From Candidatus Hermodarchaeota archaeon (GTDB taxonomy: Archaea; Asgardarchaeota; Hermodarchaeia; Hermodarchaeales; Hermodarchaeaceae), in the NCBI GenBank assembly GCA_016839365.1, contig JAEOUH010000071.1, forward strand, positions 1 to 64,000: a stretch of DNA of 64,000 nucleotides, given 5' to 3'. A program made the position numbers and the translations under genes. This document shows positions 1-9,764 of this stretch, in pieces. Numbering within the stretch: position 1 is the stretch's first letter; each line of letters begins with the position of its first letter. The notes below the pieces were generated by a model. It was not told where the DNA came from. It made no database searches and saw only the letters and a list, made by a program, of their open reading frames with translations.

Positions 1-1
1 C

Positions 2-373
2 GAAATCAACCATCGGGGCGGTATTAATGAGGATGAGTGCTTTAACAAGATGAGGCGCATCGAGAGCTATTTGTTGAACGATGAAGCCCCCCATACTATG
101 ACCAGCTGTGATACATTGACTAAGTTCAAGGTGGTCAAGGAGCGCAATCATATCCTTGCTGTATAGATCCATCGTGCTCGGTTCAGTAAGTTCAGTTGAT
201 CGACCATGTCCACGTGAATCAGGCATAATGAGTTTGAAGTTATTTCGAAGGTGCGGACGTAGAAAGGTCCAGTTTTGATTTGATCCCCGGACACCATGAC
301 AGAGAAGGAGGGGTTCACCTTTTCCGTCTACTTCATAATAGATCTTAGCCCCATCAATCTCGACAAACGGCAT
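2..373 (-). CDS. alpha/beta hydrolase (runs off the window edge; C-terminus missing)
   Basis: Not in the ORF track. Manual translation from ATG 373 gives MPFVEIDGAKIYYEVDGKGEPLLLCHGVRG...DSRGHGRS...AGHSMGG, with the GxSxG nucleophile elbow. Confidence 0.9.
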   Translation of the reverse strand, partial: MPFVEIDGAKIYYEVDGKGEPLLLCHGVRGSNQNWTFLRPHLRNNFKLIMPDSRGHGRSTELTEPSTMDLYSKDMIALLDHLELSQCITAGHSMGGFIVQQIALDAPHLVKALILINTAPMVDF

Positions 374-603
374 CAAACTGACCTCACAAACATCAAGGGC
401 GCCTGAACTTAATGGCTTTCTTGTTGCTTATTAATGGTAATCCCCCCGAACTGTATCAATTTCGTAATTGACTCCTAACAGGTAAGAATGCCTCAAAAGC
501 AAATCCTAATAACAGTCAATTTGCCATTTTGGTGTAAGAGAGGACCACCCTTGCAAGATTATGATGGCTGGCAATTGTCCTCTCTTCGTGGAGGCAAAGG
601 TTC

Positions 604-1110
604 GTGCAGTTTATTTGGCCGATTCTAATCATCTTCATTGTTATTATTTTGTTAGCTGCATGTATTGTTTGTGTAGCAGTTCAGGATCGTCTTAGTTCCC
701 AACCTCATTCATACGTACGAGCCAGCCCCCGTGATCCCTGGCAACCGGTCACTAAGGATAGAATGGAAGAACACGAATGGGAACCTTCAGAACATCAAGT
801 CGATGTGCTAGTATGTTCTTGTGGGAAATGGAATGCCACCAACGAACAGACCTGTTGGAACTGTCAGGCTTCTCTCGCTAATATTCAACCACAGACTTTT
901 ACTTTTGAAACAGTGGAAAGATGTGCGGTTTGTGGCTATTGGGTCCTTCCGGGAGAACTGGTTGTGATATGTCCATCCTGTCAGGCTCAAGGCCATCGGA
1001 CACATATGTTAGAATATCTTAAGGCAAAAGGTAGTTGCCCGGTGTGCAATGCTAGATTAGCCTCTCAACAAGTACTTAGAACGGTTCCGATAATACGCAG
1101 CACATATTAA
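604..1110 (+). CDS. membrane-anchored zinc-finger protein (N-terminal TM helix, RanBP2/NZF-like finger, C-terminal RING-like domain)
   Basis: Hydrophobic N-terminus; CSCGKWNATNEQTCWNC; CAVC-x12-CPSC-x4-HRTH-x10-CPVC; GGAGG upstream of the GTG. Confidence 0.75.
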   Translation: MQFIWPILIIFIVIILLAACIVCVAVQDRLSSQPHSYVRASPRDPWQPVTKDRMEEHEWEPSEHQVDVLVCSCGKWNATNEQTCWNCQASLANIQPQTFTFETVERCAVCGYWVLPGELVVICPSCQAQGHRTHMLEYLKAKGSCPVCNARLASQQVLRTVPIIRSTY

Positions 1111-1140
1111 TACACAGAAATCACTAAATCTTAGCTGGCA

Positions 1141-2325
1141 TTACAAAAATACCGTTCTAGGTAGATTCGTGAGGTTACGAGGACCTTTCGTTGTAACAAC
1201 GATATCGTCTTCGATTCGAATACCACCGACTTTCTTATAATATAACGCGGGTTCAATGGCGATTACTGCGCCAGATTTCAGGGGATGAGGTTGAAGGGAC
1301 ATTTTTGGATCTTCATGTACATTCAAGCCAATTCCATGACCAAGCGCATGCAGCATCCCTTCCTCGATTCCGGGGACCCGATTGGCTAAGGGATGTCCAT
1401 CCCTCTCAAAAGAATCAGCCATGACATTTACGAGCTCTTCCGTTGTTTCCCCCACCTGCATAGCATCAATTACTGCATCCAGGGCGGATTCAACTGACTC
1501 AAACAGTTTCTGAATTTTCTGAGATACCTGCCCGCGCACAAGGGTTCGGGTGACATCAGCATGATAACGTTCTTCGAGCCGGCGTGGAAAGATATCAATT
1601 ATAATGGGCACATTTGCCCGGAGTAAATCACTACGATTACCCAAATAATGGTAGTCGGCTCCTTTGGGACCACTGGCGACAATGATCTCTTCACTGCTTT
1701 CTGAATCATTTTCAACTAATGTGTGTTCAATTAGTCGTTTAAGTCGTCCCACTGTCAAGGGAGTTCTTTGATGATGAAGGACTTTTTTGGGTCCAATGTT
1801 TGTATTTTGGATTATATCGATGACATGATGAAAGGTAGCCACTGTGGCTTGACTGGCTGATTCAATAGCCTTGATTTCCTTCTGGTCTTTCGTTTCTCGT
1901 GCTTCGAAGAACAAGCTCTCGACGGGTTGAAGTTCCAGACCCAATTTCTTCAATAAATGGATGTGGAGTGCATCAGTATCACGGGGTACACCAATGATAC
2001 TATTCTTTGGGAACAGATTCCGTACTAGATCCTGCATAATGCGGTGAACATATTCATCCGATGAAACAGCATCCTGGATTGCCTGATTGATTGTTGGGCT
2101 TAGGCTATGAAAATTCCTCATTGGAGAATATTTCTTTGCTCGAGAACAGACAAGATCTGATGCAGCAAGAATCCCGGGTTGATCGGGAAGTTTTACATAA
2201 TAGGCGTCGTCGACGGTGAGAAACCGTGTAAGGTAATAGAGGTTGGGTTTTAAAAGACTCTTACCTTGGAGATAGAGGGCGTCGACTTCATATTTTGCCA
2301 TCAATCCATCTATGTCGCCAATCAC
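1141..2325 (-). CDS. Xaa-Pro aminopeptidase / prolidase (M24 family)
   Basis: Motifs IIIDIFP, HADVTRT, HALGHGIGLNVHE, AIEPALY, GGIRIEDD. Start moved to GTG 2325 (AGGAG upstream); the track extends to 2400. Confidence 0.92.
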   Translation of the reverse strand: MIGDIDGLMAKYEVDALYLQGKSLLKPNLYYLTRFLTVDDAYYVKLPDQPGILAASDLVCSRAKKYSPMRNFHSLSPTINQAIQDAVSSDEYVHRIMQDLVRNLFPKNSIIGVPRDTDALHIHLLKKLGLELQPVESLFFEARETKDQKEIKAIESASQATVATFHHVIDIIQNTNIGPKKVLHHQRTPLTVGRLKRLIEHTLVENDSESSEEIIVASGPKGADYHYLGNRSDLLRANVPIIIDIFPRRLEERYHADVTRTLVRGQVSQKIQKLFESVESALDAVIDAMQVGETTEELVNVMADSFERDGHPLANRVPGIEEGMLHALGHGIGLNVHEDPKMSLQPHPLKSGAVIAIEPALYYKKVGGIRIEDDIVVTTKGPRNLTNLPRTVFL

Positions 2326-2553
2326 GTTAGTTACGCTCCTCTCTGTCCAAAGAGATTCAAGGCGTTCTGTGTGCAATCTCATCTTAAGTTTTCTGAACAT
2401 TATACGTTGAGCTTAAGTGCCTGAATTTTATAGGCTCTAGCGTATTGGGTTTTGCACAATACCTAAGTACCCTCGGTTAACGCAGATATGACCTGAATTT
2501 TGGTCACCCCTTCACAGATTAGGTTTCTGTACTGACCACACAAGCATCCTGAA

Positions 2554-4023
2554 GTGACCCTCATGAATGACAAGGAGCCATCTCATAATGCAGATACCAC
2601 TCCATCCACAACCGCGATGGACCCCTTTAAAGGGGATCTCGAACCTGCCCCGGAAGTGCCACCACCGGAAAAAACAGAACAACCAAAGAACGGCTTTTTT
2701 GCTTCGCTGAAATCCGTGCTGACTTATGGCAGCTATTCAGTGTATCTAGTTACTGCTTGGATTCTGGGAATCTTTGGGATTATCTTGGAAAGCTACTTGA
2801 TGTTGTTTCTAAGAGACTTCATCCTCGCCTATATGCCACAGGTTGAAATGGTCTATATCACCATCGGGTTCGCTGTTTTGGCATTCATGGTAATCGAATT
2901 GGTTGCAAGATTCTTTGGCGGCTATTTGGGTGACAATGCTAATAGAAAATGGCTCTCAGTCCTGACCATGTTCGTTGCTGGGCTTGGCATGATGATACTC
3001 GCATTCGCTACTGGTTTGATCGGATTAATCGCAGGTATTCTCATCATGGCCGGATCGTCACTGTTCGCCAGTGGTTCAACATCTTACATCTATGAGCAGA
3101 TAGAACCGGAACACAGTGGACTGGCGATGGGGATTTTTCAGACAAGTAGCGGTTTTGGCCTTATTGGGTTAGGTTTAGTCACCTGGCTTCTTGGGATTGG
3201 TGTACCTTTCATTTTCACAATTCAAATCGTCTTCTTCATTGGAGCCATGTGCTATATGGCTGCAGCAGTGATTCGAGCCATCTTTCTTGCTGAACCTCGA
3301 CCGATCGTACGTGACACACAGGAAAAGAATCGAGCACGAGAGTTCCTCAAACAAAATACCAATGCCCTCAAATTACTCTGGTTAATTTTACCAGTCTTTA
3401 TGGTAGTGCTTATCCTTGACGCACTCAGTGACGGGTTTTATCGGTTTGTCAGCATCTTCTATCTCAACGAGGCACTGGGGTTCTCGATTGGTGAAATCAG
3501 CATCATGCTAATCGTTGTCCTGGCGTTTTCGATTCCACTCTCGGTGTGGGTGGGCTCCTTTTTCGATAAATATGGCAGCCGTCGAGCCATCATTGCTGTA
3601 TACAGCGTTATGCCAATCACTCTTGCATTGCTCATCCTTGCACCCCTCTTCCCCTACTGGTTACCACCAGCCACTGTTGCTTCAATAATTGCCACATCTC
3701 CAATTCTGGAACCCCTAATGAGCACTGCTTTCATCGCTCTTGCAATGAAGAATATTAACGATATTCTTTGGTGGACTCTAATTCTAACCTATTTGCGAAA
3801 GGCTATGCCACGGTCTGAAACCGCAAAGATGCTCAGCATCTTCTTCATCGTGGTCTTCTTTGCGTTCCTAGTCACTCCAATTCCTTCTGGCTTCATCTAT
3901 ACATTTTTTGGAGCAATTCCCCTGTTGATGTTAACCCTCTGCATTAACCTCATCATCCTCGGCATTCTAGTCTTCGCAAACGTTGAACCCCAACCCATCC
4001 CCGAGGAATACAAAGGCATGTGA
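2554..4023 (+). CDS. MFS transporter
   Basis: About 12 TM segments; motif-A-like GGYLGDNANRK and GSFFDKYGSRR. Confidence 0.88.
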   Translation: MTLMNDKEPSHNADTTPSTTAMDPFKGDLEPAPEVPPPEKTEQPKNGFFASLKSVLTYGSYSVYLVTAWILGIFGIILESYLMLFLRDFILAYMPQVEMVYITIGFAVLAFMVIELVARFFGGYLGDNANRKWLSVLTMFVAGLGMMILAFATGLIGLIAGILIMAGSSLFASGSTSYIYEQIEPEHSGLAMGIFQTSSGFGLIGLGLVTWLLGIGVPFIFTIQIVFFIGAMCYMAAAVIRAIFLAEPRPIVRDTQEKNRAREFLKQNTNALKLLWLILPVFMVVLILDALSDGFYRFVSIFYLNEALGFSIGEISIMLIVVLAFSIPLSVWVGSFFDKYGSRRAIIAVYSVMPITLALLILAPLFPYWLPPATVASIIATSPILEPLMSTAFIALAMKNINDILWWTLILTYLRKAMPRSETAKMLSIFFIVVFFAFLVTPIPSGFIYTFFGAIPLLMLTLCINLIILGILVFANVEPQPIPEEYKGM

Positions 4024-4048
4024 ATAAGGCTGCAGGAGATCTAGTGCT

Positions 4049-5335
4049 CTAATCAGAGTGCGTCGATTCACTTACTAGGGGAAGTAAAACGGCAGCAATC
4101 ACCGTCAGGATTAGTGCAAGGGTGAATGTCAGACTTGGCCCAAACAACACCCATAGATAACCTGCGATGAGGCTAGCGGGAAGAAGAGCAATGCCGATGA
4201 GCATTTGGAATAAGCCTAGCATGCTAGCCCGTACATCAATCGGTGACAGTTCAGAGACCAATGAGGATTGCATGGGAACAGTAGCCCCAATGCTAACTCC
4301 ATAAAAAATCATGGCCAAAATAACCGTCCAGAAATTTGGAACAAATAGAAAGATAGCACACATTGATCCAAAGAAGATGAAGCCGATTAGAATAGTGGGT
4401 CTTCGCCCAATACGGTCGCCTAATTTTCCAAGGGGAGCTGAGGTGAGTGCTGCGGTGAGAGTAAAAGTCAGATAGGCAACTGGTACACCCAGAAAAGGAG
4501 TGGCTGGAATCACAATAAAGAGTCCAGCATAAAGAGTAACCAGAGACCAGCTAAATGAAGCCAAAGCAAAGATTATACTTAGGATAATGAAAATGGCAAG
4601 GCTGCGATTAATACCAGAGATTCGAAATACTGGTTTCCCCGGCTTCTTTCGGTAATCGACGATTCGGATAATTACGAGGATGGCCCCAATGAATGTGGGA
4701 ATTGTTGCAAAAACAAAGAGGAGTCGGAGGCTAGCGAGTAAGTCGAATCCTAGCGCGGCTCCTAACCAGGGAACACCAAATGTAACGAACAGAATGGTAA
4801 TAACAACTCCAATTGTTGCGCCCGTATTGTCCAGGGTCCGGAGAATACCGAAATTTCTCCCCCGGGTCTCGTGTGTAGATATATCGGCTACAAGTGCGTC
4901 ACGGGGGGCACCTCGTAGTTTGCCTGCACGGTCTAATATCTTCGCTGGAATGAGCCATTGCCAAATTGGAGTGAAGGCATAAATTAGCCGTGAAGACGCA
5001 CCCATCATGTAACCAGACCAAATGAAGGCTTTCCGTTTTTGAACCTTATCGGAAATGAATCCCGAAAAGCCTTTGGACACATTGACGACAAAATCACCGA
5101 TTCCATCAACTAGCCCTAGTATTAGGGGCGCTAGACCTGGTGGCGTAAGCAGAGCAACGAAGACTGGCCAGATAGAGAAGACCACGTCTGAACCCATATC
5201 ATTGAGGAACGAAGCTGTGCCAAAGGTCTGTATTATATGGCTTTCAGTAGGAACTTCGTAAGATTTCATCTCATTGGCGTTATCATCGACCAACCGGGAA
5301 CCCTCCTTTTGGGCAAATGAAACAGATTCTGTCAT
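4049..5335 (-). CDS. MFS transporter
   Basis: SGFISDKVQKRK, DRAGKLRGAPRDALVAD, GKLGDRIGRR. Start uncertain (ATG 5335 or TTG 5293); the track start at 5371 overlaps the upstream gene. Confidence 0.9.
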   Translation of the reverse strand: MTESVSFAQKEGSRLVDDNANEMKSYEVPTESHIIQTFGTASFLNDMGSDVVFSIWPVFVALLTPPGLAPLILGLVDGIGDFVVNVSKGFSGFISDKVQKRKAFIWSGYMMGASSRLIYAFTPIWQWLIPAKILDRAGKLRGAPRDALVADISTHETRGRNFGILRTLDNTGATIGVVITILFVTFGVPWLGAALGFDLLASLRLLFVFATIPTFIGAILVIIRIVDYRKKPGKPVFRISGINRSLAIFIILSIIFALASFSWSLVTLYAGLFIVIPATPFLGVPVAYLTFTLTAALTSAPLGKLGDRIGRRPTILIGFIFFGSMCAIFLFVPNFWTVILAMIFYGVSIGATVPMQSSLVSELSPIDVRASMLGLFQMLIGIALLPASLIAGYLWVLFGPSLTFTLALILTVIAAVLLPLVSESTHSD

Positions 5336-5348
5336 TCCACCTTCATGT

Positions 5349-7205
5349 TCAAATAAATAACGAAGCGGCATAAGTTTTGGAAAAATCAGGATGACGAGCT
5401 AAGTCAAGAAACTGGACAAATTTTGCTAGGGTTTTTGCTTCTTGCCTTTCGGAAATTGATAAGAGAGCTTGTTGGGCACCGACTAATGCGGCATTTCCAA
5501 TGAAACGGATATCTTTCAGTGGAATAGGAGGGATTAAACCGATGCGTTGAGCACTTTCTGGATTTAGGTATGATCCGAAAGCCCCAGCAATATAGACGTG
5601 ACCCAAATCTTCTGCATCAAGGTTTTGCTGTTTGAGCAAAAGAGTGTATCCGGCTTGGATAGCAGCTTTTGCGAGGAGCAATTGTGAAATATCCTGTTCC
5701 GAGAGTGTGATTGGGGGGAGACCCTTCTTGGTTGTGCCTTTGGTGAGTGTGATGAACCTTGTATTACCTTCATTTATGATAAGGGGTGATGCCGCTTCTG
5801 TAAATCGACCTTTTGATGACAATAGCTTAGCTTGCGCGAGCTGAGCGATGGTATCGACCACACCGGATCCACATATTCCACGTGGTTCCATATTGTCAAT
5901 GGTTGTCACATCAAATTGCTTAGAAATTGTATCAAAGCTGACTCTTTCGATGGCTCCACTCACTGCCTTCATACCATGTTTGATTCCTGCACCTTCAAAA
6001 GCAGGGCCAGCTGCGCAAGAGGTGGCAATGAGACAATCTTGGTTCCCTAGGATTACTTCACTATTAGTCCCGATATCGATGAGGAGACAGGGTTCTTCCT
6101 GTTCATGGATTCCGGTAGCTAGAATATCTGCAACGGCATCTGCCCCCACATATCCTGCTATATTAGGCAAGATGAATACGACACATTGTGGTGGAAGATT
6201 AAGGTCCAATTGACTGGCAGATACTTCAAGGGGTCCCCGAAAGGGGGGCACAAACGGTCCATAACCAAGATGGGTGGTATCTAAACCAAGGAAAAGACTC
6301 GTCATCACTGTATTCCCCACAACGGTGACCTCGTATATCTGGTCAACGGAAACACCGGAGGAAACCAGTTTGTTAAGAAGAATGTTCACACCCTCAATTA
6401 CTGCAGATTGTAATTCCTTCCGGGTTTCAAACCCAACTGCAGCGTAGCTTAACCGAGTCATGATGTCTTCCCCAAACCGCAGTTGTGGGTTCTCAATGCC
6501 TCCTGATGAAATCATCTTACCAGATGTTAACGAATAGAGGCTACCTGCTATCTTTGACGTTCCAATATCCAGTGCGCACCCGTAAATGCTTTCGCGAGCA
6601 TCTCCTGCATGAATATCAAGCAGTTGAGACCAGTTACGAATTATCAAAGTAACCTCGCCATTGGCCTTGCGTACTGCCTGTGGTGTCTTTGTAATCACGG
6701 GGAGGGGATATTCCCAACGAGTGATGCCTTTATACTGTGGATTCTTCGCTAAACTAGCAAGAACCCTTTCGGTGTCAGGTTTAGATTCATTCGGATTGAC
6801 ACCAGGAACCCTAAGAAGAAGAGCATGGAGAGTAGGGCTAAAGAGTATCGGACGTAGAGTGCCATCAATTTGCAATTGGCGGCGTGAAACACGGGTTGCA
6901 GTTGGAATAGTTATAATCAGAGCTTTTTTACCATTGATACAAGCTTGACAGGCTAGCCGAAACCCAGCCTTCTGCTGGTCAACAGTTAATTGGGTTCGCT
7001 CCGCGGATGTAAAGGGGTGAAGACCGGTTTGGGGTTCAATGTGAACACGGCATTTTCCACAGGTTCCATGACCCCCACATTCAGAACGCAATTGAATACC
7101 CACCTGAAGTGCAAGATCAAGTACAGTGAAGTTCTTCTGGCTTTGTATTCGCCGCCCATCAGGTTCGAAGGTAATTTCCACGTCATCCAAACTTGTGTAC
7201 TCCAT
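5349..7205 (-). CDS. ASKHA-domain ATP-dependent reductive activator of corrinoid proteins (RACo/AcsV, DUF4445) with N-terminal 2Fe-2S domain
   Basis: CGGHGTCGKC...RLACQ ferredoxin; DIGTSK, GEDIMTR, DIGTNSE, CAAGPAFEG, GICGSG, AGAFGSY. Confidence 0.92.
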   Translation of the reverse strand: MEYTSLDDVEITFEPDGRRIQSQKNFTVLDLALQVGIQLRSECGGHGTCGKCRVHIEPQTGLHPFTSAERTQLTVDQQKAGFRLACQACINGKKALIITIPTATRVSRRQLQIDGTLRPILFSPTLHALLLRVPGVNPNESKPDTERVLASLAKNPQYKGITRWEYPLPVITKTPQAVRKANGEVTLIIRNWSQLLDIHAGDARESIYGCALDIGTSKIAGSLYSLTSGKMISSGGIENPQLRFGEDIMTRLSYAAVGFETRKELQSAVIEGVNILLNKLVSSGVSVDQIYEVTVVGNTVMTSLFLGLDTTHLGYGPFVPPFRGPLEVSASQLDLNLPPQCVVFILPNIAGYVGADAVADILATGIHEQEEPCLLIDIGTNSEVILGNQDCLIATSCAAGPAFEGAGIKHGMKAVSGAIERVSFDTISKQFDVTTIDNMEPRGICGSGVVDTIAQLAQAKLLSSKGRFTEAASPLIINEGNTRFITLTKGTTKKGLPPITLSEQDISQLLLAKAAIQAGYTLLLKQQNLDAEDLGHVYIAGAFGSYLNPESAQRIGLIPPIPLKDIRFIGNAALVGAQQALLSISERQEAKTLAKFVQFLDLARHPDFSKTYAASLFI

Positions 7206-7348
7206 CCATTTTTTCGATGTGAAGTGGTAGTTTTATTCAAATAATTGACCACTGAAAATTTAAACCGTCGGGTGTATGACTAGCATTGTAGATTATAAGG
7301 GATAAATCCATACAGTAAATGGTCTTTACTCTTGAGGTGATACATAAC

Positions 7349-7615
7349 TTGGCAGAAACTCCTCCCACTGGTCCGCCCTCCGGTCCACCATCTGGTCCAC
7401 CCCCCGCTGCAGCACCGCCCGCTCAACCCGCGACCCCACCAAAGCCCGAAGAAAAGCCTCTTGCTCCAGATCAATGTCCCCGTTGCCGTAGTGATGCAAC
7501 GACTATTCTGCGCAAAGTTCCTATTGCGTACGGCCATGAAGTCACACGAAAATGCAACAAATGTGGAAACATCTGGAAATACACCTCTAAGTTTGGCGCT
7601 GGTGCCTGGCCATAA
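7349..7615 (+). CDS. small protein with proline-rich N-terminus and C4 zinc ribbon
   Basis: GAGGTGA at 7334-7340 before TTG 7349; PPTGPPSGPPSGPPP; CPRC-x22-CNKC. Confidence 0.7.
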   Translation: MAETPPTGPPSGPPSGPPPAAAPPAQPATPPKPEEKPLAPDQCPRCRSDATTILRKVPIAYGHEVTRKCNKCGNIWKYTSKFGAGAWP

Positions 7616-7727
7616 AATACTCTCCAACCCTTATGGCCTATGCAAGGGAACTAATTAAGATGGTACACAGCTAGATAGTGAAACTGTGAATAGAGTCAGA
7701 CACAATTGAGGAAAAAAAGATAGCATT

Positions 7728-7904
7728 TTAAGCCTGTTGGAATCCGAAGCAGGAGGATTTGTCAGCAAGAAGGAGATAATGGGTATCCCCTGTCTTTGCA
7801 AAGGGATTCACACCGGTACAGGCACCGCTTTTTTTATCGTATTTTTTGCAGTTGAGGCAAATGGATTTGAGAGACATTTCATCAGGCATTATTTTCTGGG
7901 TCAT
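7728..7904 (-). CDS. small Cys-rich hypothetical protein
   Basis: CLNC...C...C; AGGTG upstream; T-tract just after the stop on the coding strand. Confidence 0.5.
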   Translation of the reverse strand: MTQKIMPDEMSLKSICLNCKKYDKKSGACTGVNPFAKTGDTHYLLLADKSSCFGFQQA

Positions 7905-8037
7905 GGCACATTGCACCTTCAGAAGCGTATCGAGTGTAAGGATGTGATTGCGCTAAAATCTTTTCCATCACTCTATTCCAGGAAAAGCTACACCCAAATA
8001 GCACTTAAACAGCAAGATAAGCAATGGAGGACACTAT

Positions 8038-8568
8038 ATGACCATGGAGCACTCTTCGCTAGAAGAATTACAAGAAAGCTTGAGAGGATTAGTTGACCAA
8101 ATTGCCCATCAGCTAACCAAAAGACAAGCCACCCTAATGGTCGCTGAATCCGCAACTGGAGGACTCATTCAGCATCTGTTAACCCAAATTTCTGGAAGCT
8201 CAGCGTTTTATTATGGAGGGATTGTCGCCTACGCTACCGAACTGAAACACCGGTTCCTCCAGGTACCAGAATCTACTCTCAGACAACATGGCTCAGTAAG
8301 CCCAGAAACCGTTGCAGCGATGGCAAATGGTATCAGGCTCTGGTTAAATACCGATTACGGCCTTGCATCCTGCGGGATTGCAGGGCCTACCGGAGAAACT
8401 GCGACAAAACCTGTTGGTCTTGTGATCGTCAGCGTATCACACCACTCTTTTGAAACAGTAACTCGAGAGCACCAATTCAAGGGCACCCGAAGTGATAATA
8501 AATACTACTTCAGTCATGCGGCGCTTCAATTACTACTTGATTGCATTCTCCAAGAGAATTCGTTTTAA
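8038..8568 (+). CDS. pncC: CinA C-terminal domain / NMN amidohydrolase (PncC-like)
   Basis: VAESATGG, SGSSAFY, HGSVS, GIAGPTG, KPVGLV. Confidence 0.88.
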   Translation: MTMEHSSLEELQESLRGLVDQIAHQLTKRQATLMVAESATGGLIQHLLTQISGSSAFYYGGIVAYATELKHRFLQVPESTLRQHGSVSPETVAAMANGIRLWLNTDYGLASCGIAGPTGETATKPVGLVIVSVSHHSFETVTREHQFKGTRSDNKYYFSHAALQLLLDCILQENSF

Positions 8569-8607
8569 ATCGGCGGAAATCTCTTAAAGCACCACCGAAC
8601 ACGACAT

Positions 8608-9525
8608 ATGACAGCGATGCCCCCCTTCTCAGGATATCCCAACTACCTTGAGCCTCCTGTATTTCGCCCACCCAGCGAAGCTAACAGTCTCATCCTTCAA
8701 GCCACTCTCGGTTGTTCACATAATGCCTGCACTTTTTGTGGTAGCTATCGCACCAAGAAATTCAAGGTTAAACCGTTTTCTCAATTCCAAAAGGAAGTAG
8801 AGTATTTAGCCCGTGAATATCAAATCCATCCACGACGAATTTTCTTAGCAGATGGAGATGCATTTGTGCTTTCATCTTCTCAAATACTCGACATTCTGAA
8901 CTTACTTACTCAAGAATTCCCTAGCGTTGAACGAATCAGCATCTACGCTAGTGGTACAAATATACAACGAAAATCCGACGAAGAACTCACACAGCTTCGT
9001 GAAGCCGGACTCGACATGATATATATTGGTCTAGAATCGGGTGATGACACTGTTTTACGGAAAGTCAACAAAGGAATTTCGAATCAGGATCATATCAAGG
9101 CCTCACGTCGGCTGATACAGGCTGGCTTCAGATTATCTCCAATCATCATTTTAGGATTGGGTGGAAAAGCTCTGAGTCACCAGCACGCTAATCATACAGC
9201 TGAAACCATCAATGCAATTGATCCATCTTACCTGGCCGCATTAACATTAATGCTGGTGCCAGGTACTGAACTTCACGCTCAAACTGAAAAAGGAGAGTTT
9301 GACCCCCTTACGCCTCTTGAAATTCTCCAAGAGCTCAGGCAACTTATTAATGGGTTGACGAAACTGACGAATTGCGTGTTCCGAACTAATCATGCATCAA
9401 ATTACCTCCCTCTTCGTGGTGTATTATCCCGTGATCGTGAAGCATTTCTTGAGACAATAGATTCTGTGCTAGCGGATCCGAATGTAGAAAGCCGATTACG
9501 TCCAGACTATATCCGCCGCTTATAG
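8608..9525 (+). CDS. radical SAM protein, function unknown
   Basis: CSHNACTFC cluster-binding motif; RPPSEANS, FLADGDA, GLESGDD, NHASNY. Confidence 0.88.
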   Translation: MTAMPPFSGYPNYLEPPVFRPPSEANSLILQATLGCSHNACTFCGSYRTKKFKVKPFSQFQKEVEYLAREYQIHPRRIFLADGDAFVLSSSQILDILNLLTQEFPSVERISIYASGTNIQRKSDEELTQLREAGLDMIYIGLESGDDTVLRKVNKGISNQDHIKASRRLIQAGFRLSPIIILGLGGKALSHQHANHTAETINAIDPSYLAALTLMLVPGTELHAQTEKGEFDPLTPLEILQELRQLINGLTKLTNCVFRTNHASNYLPLRGVLSRDREAFLETIDSVLADPNVESRLRPDYIRRL

Positions 9526-9584
9526 GAAAGGCTTAACCTGTAACAATGGGACTAGAGTGAGTAGATGCTAGGAGCGAGTATTTC

Positions 9585-9764
9585 ATGAGTCTTGATCCAG
9601 ATGAGTTCGATCCTCTTGCACGTCGTAAGCCTAAGCCACTGCACCCGAAGGACCCCCGGCAAAGTGTCGATGCAGATATTGTCACATTGCTTCGTCAACT
9701 GATGATACGAGTGGAACGGCTCGAAGAGGACATGCGGAAAGTTAAAGAAAAATTAAACCTTTGA
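9585..9764 (+). CDS. small 59-aa protein with C-terminal coiled coil (below the ORF-track cutoff)
   Basis: AGGAG upstream of ATG 9585; MSLDPDEFDPLARRKPKPLHPKDPRQSVDADIVTLLRQLMIRVERLEEDMRKVKEKLNL*; fills the gap up to the convergent stop of the next gene. Confidence 0.65.
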   Translation: MSLDPDEFDPLARRKPKPLHPKDPRQSVDADIVTLLRQLMIRVERLEEDMRKVKEKLNL

